Source: Planctomycetota bacterium (GTDB lineage: Bacteria; Planctomycetota; UBA1135). From it: DNA of 64,000 bases. This document shows, in pieces, positions 63,912 through 64,000 of this stretch; positions within the stretch are counted from its first letter, which is position 1, and each line of letters opens with the position of its first letter. The stretch lies in NCBI GenBank assembly GCA_024229395.1, contig JAAESM010000050.1, forward strand, positions 58,043-122,042, in the 5' to 3' direction. The notes below the pieces were generated by a model. It saw only the letters and a list, made by a program, of their open reading frames with translations, did not search any database and was not told where the DNA came from. The translations under genes and the position numbers were made by a program.

Positions 63912-64000
63912 CTAGCTGACCTCCTTCTCGGAGACGGAAATGCGGAAATGCGAGGTGCGACGGCGAATGGTCATTGCACGACCCATTGGACCTGGGCGGA
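63912..64000 (-). CDS. rplV: 50S ribosomal protein L22 (uL22), 3' end only (truncated by window edge)
   Basis: The minus strand translates to ..RPGPMGRAMTIRRRTSHFRISVSEKEVS*, which matches the uL22 C-terminus. Confidence 0.8.
   Translation of the reverse strand, partial: RPGPMGRAMTIRRRTSHFRISVSEKEVS

Overview
This is a GC-rich, densely coding bacterial chromosomal window. I call about 67 protein genes, 3 tRNAs and an SRP RNA, most of them on the minus strand. I found no CRISPR array, transposase, integrase or recognisable defence or toxin gene. Taxon cannot be assigned from the sequence alone. LEFT (1-15.9 kb): the first genes are an Opp/Dpp-type ABC importer (a binding lipoprotein and two permeases). 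They are followed by ridA-coaD, comEC and comM, then a coupled operon of two tandem sulfatase-like (alkaline-phosphatase superfamily) lipoproteins plus a polytopic membrane protein. Proline dehydrogenase, an NrnA-like DHH phosphoesterase and an MtaD-like amidohydrolase complete this part. MIDDLE (15.9-36.1 kb) is the unusual part. It holds four giant (1039-1191 aa) paralogous lipoproteins with no recognisable catalytic domain. Three of them form a 9.8-kb translationally coupled operon (26266-36108) that ends in a strong intrinsic terminator. The fourth lies at 15875-19006. They split into two subtypes, one of which has a glycine-run, beta-solenoid-like core, and all four share a short C-terminal module. 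Immediately downstream of the operon are a smaller Ig-like lipoprotein, an A24 prepilin peptidase, a coiled-coil OmpA-like protein, an EF-G2-type GTPase and a single pilin-like gene. I regard this block as the best candidate for an undescribed envelope or surface system. RIGHT (36.3-64 kb) is housekeeping. It starts with a pyrB carrying a fused PyrI-type zinc domain, a divergent MnmE-like GTPase, coaX, a PDZ membrane protein and obg-rpmA-rplU. RNase E/G, HPr-PtsN-HPF, truA and recR-ybaB-dnaX follow. Next come SRP RNA, two tRNA-Ser, tadA with tRNA-Arg(ACG) directly upstream, and dnaE. The window ends with the alpha, spc and distal S10 ribosomal-protein operons (rplQ through a partial rplV). Many long ORFs in the supplied track are antisense or 5'-extended artefacts of the high GC content. 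I trimmed or rejected those.
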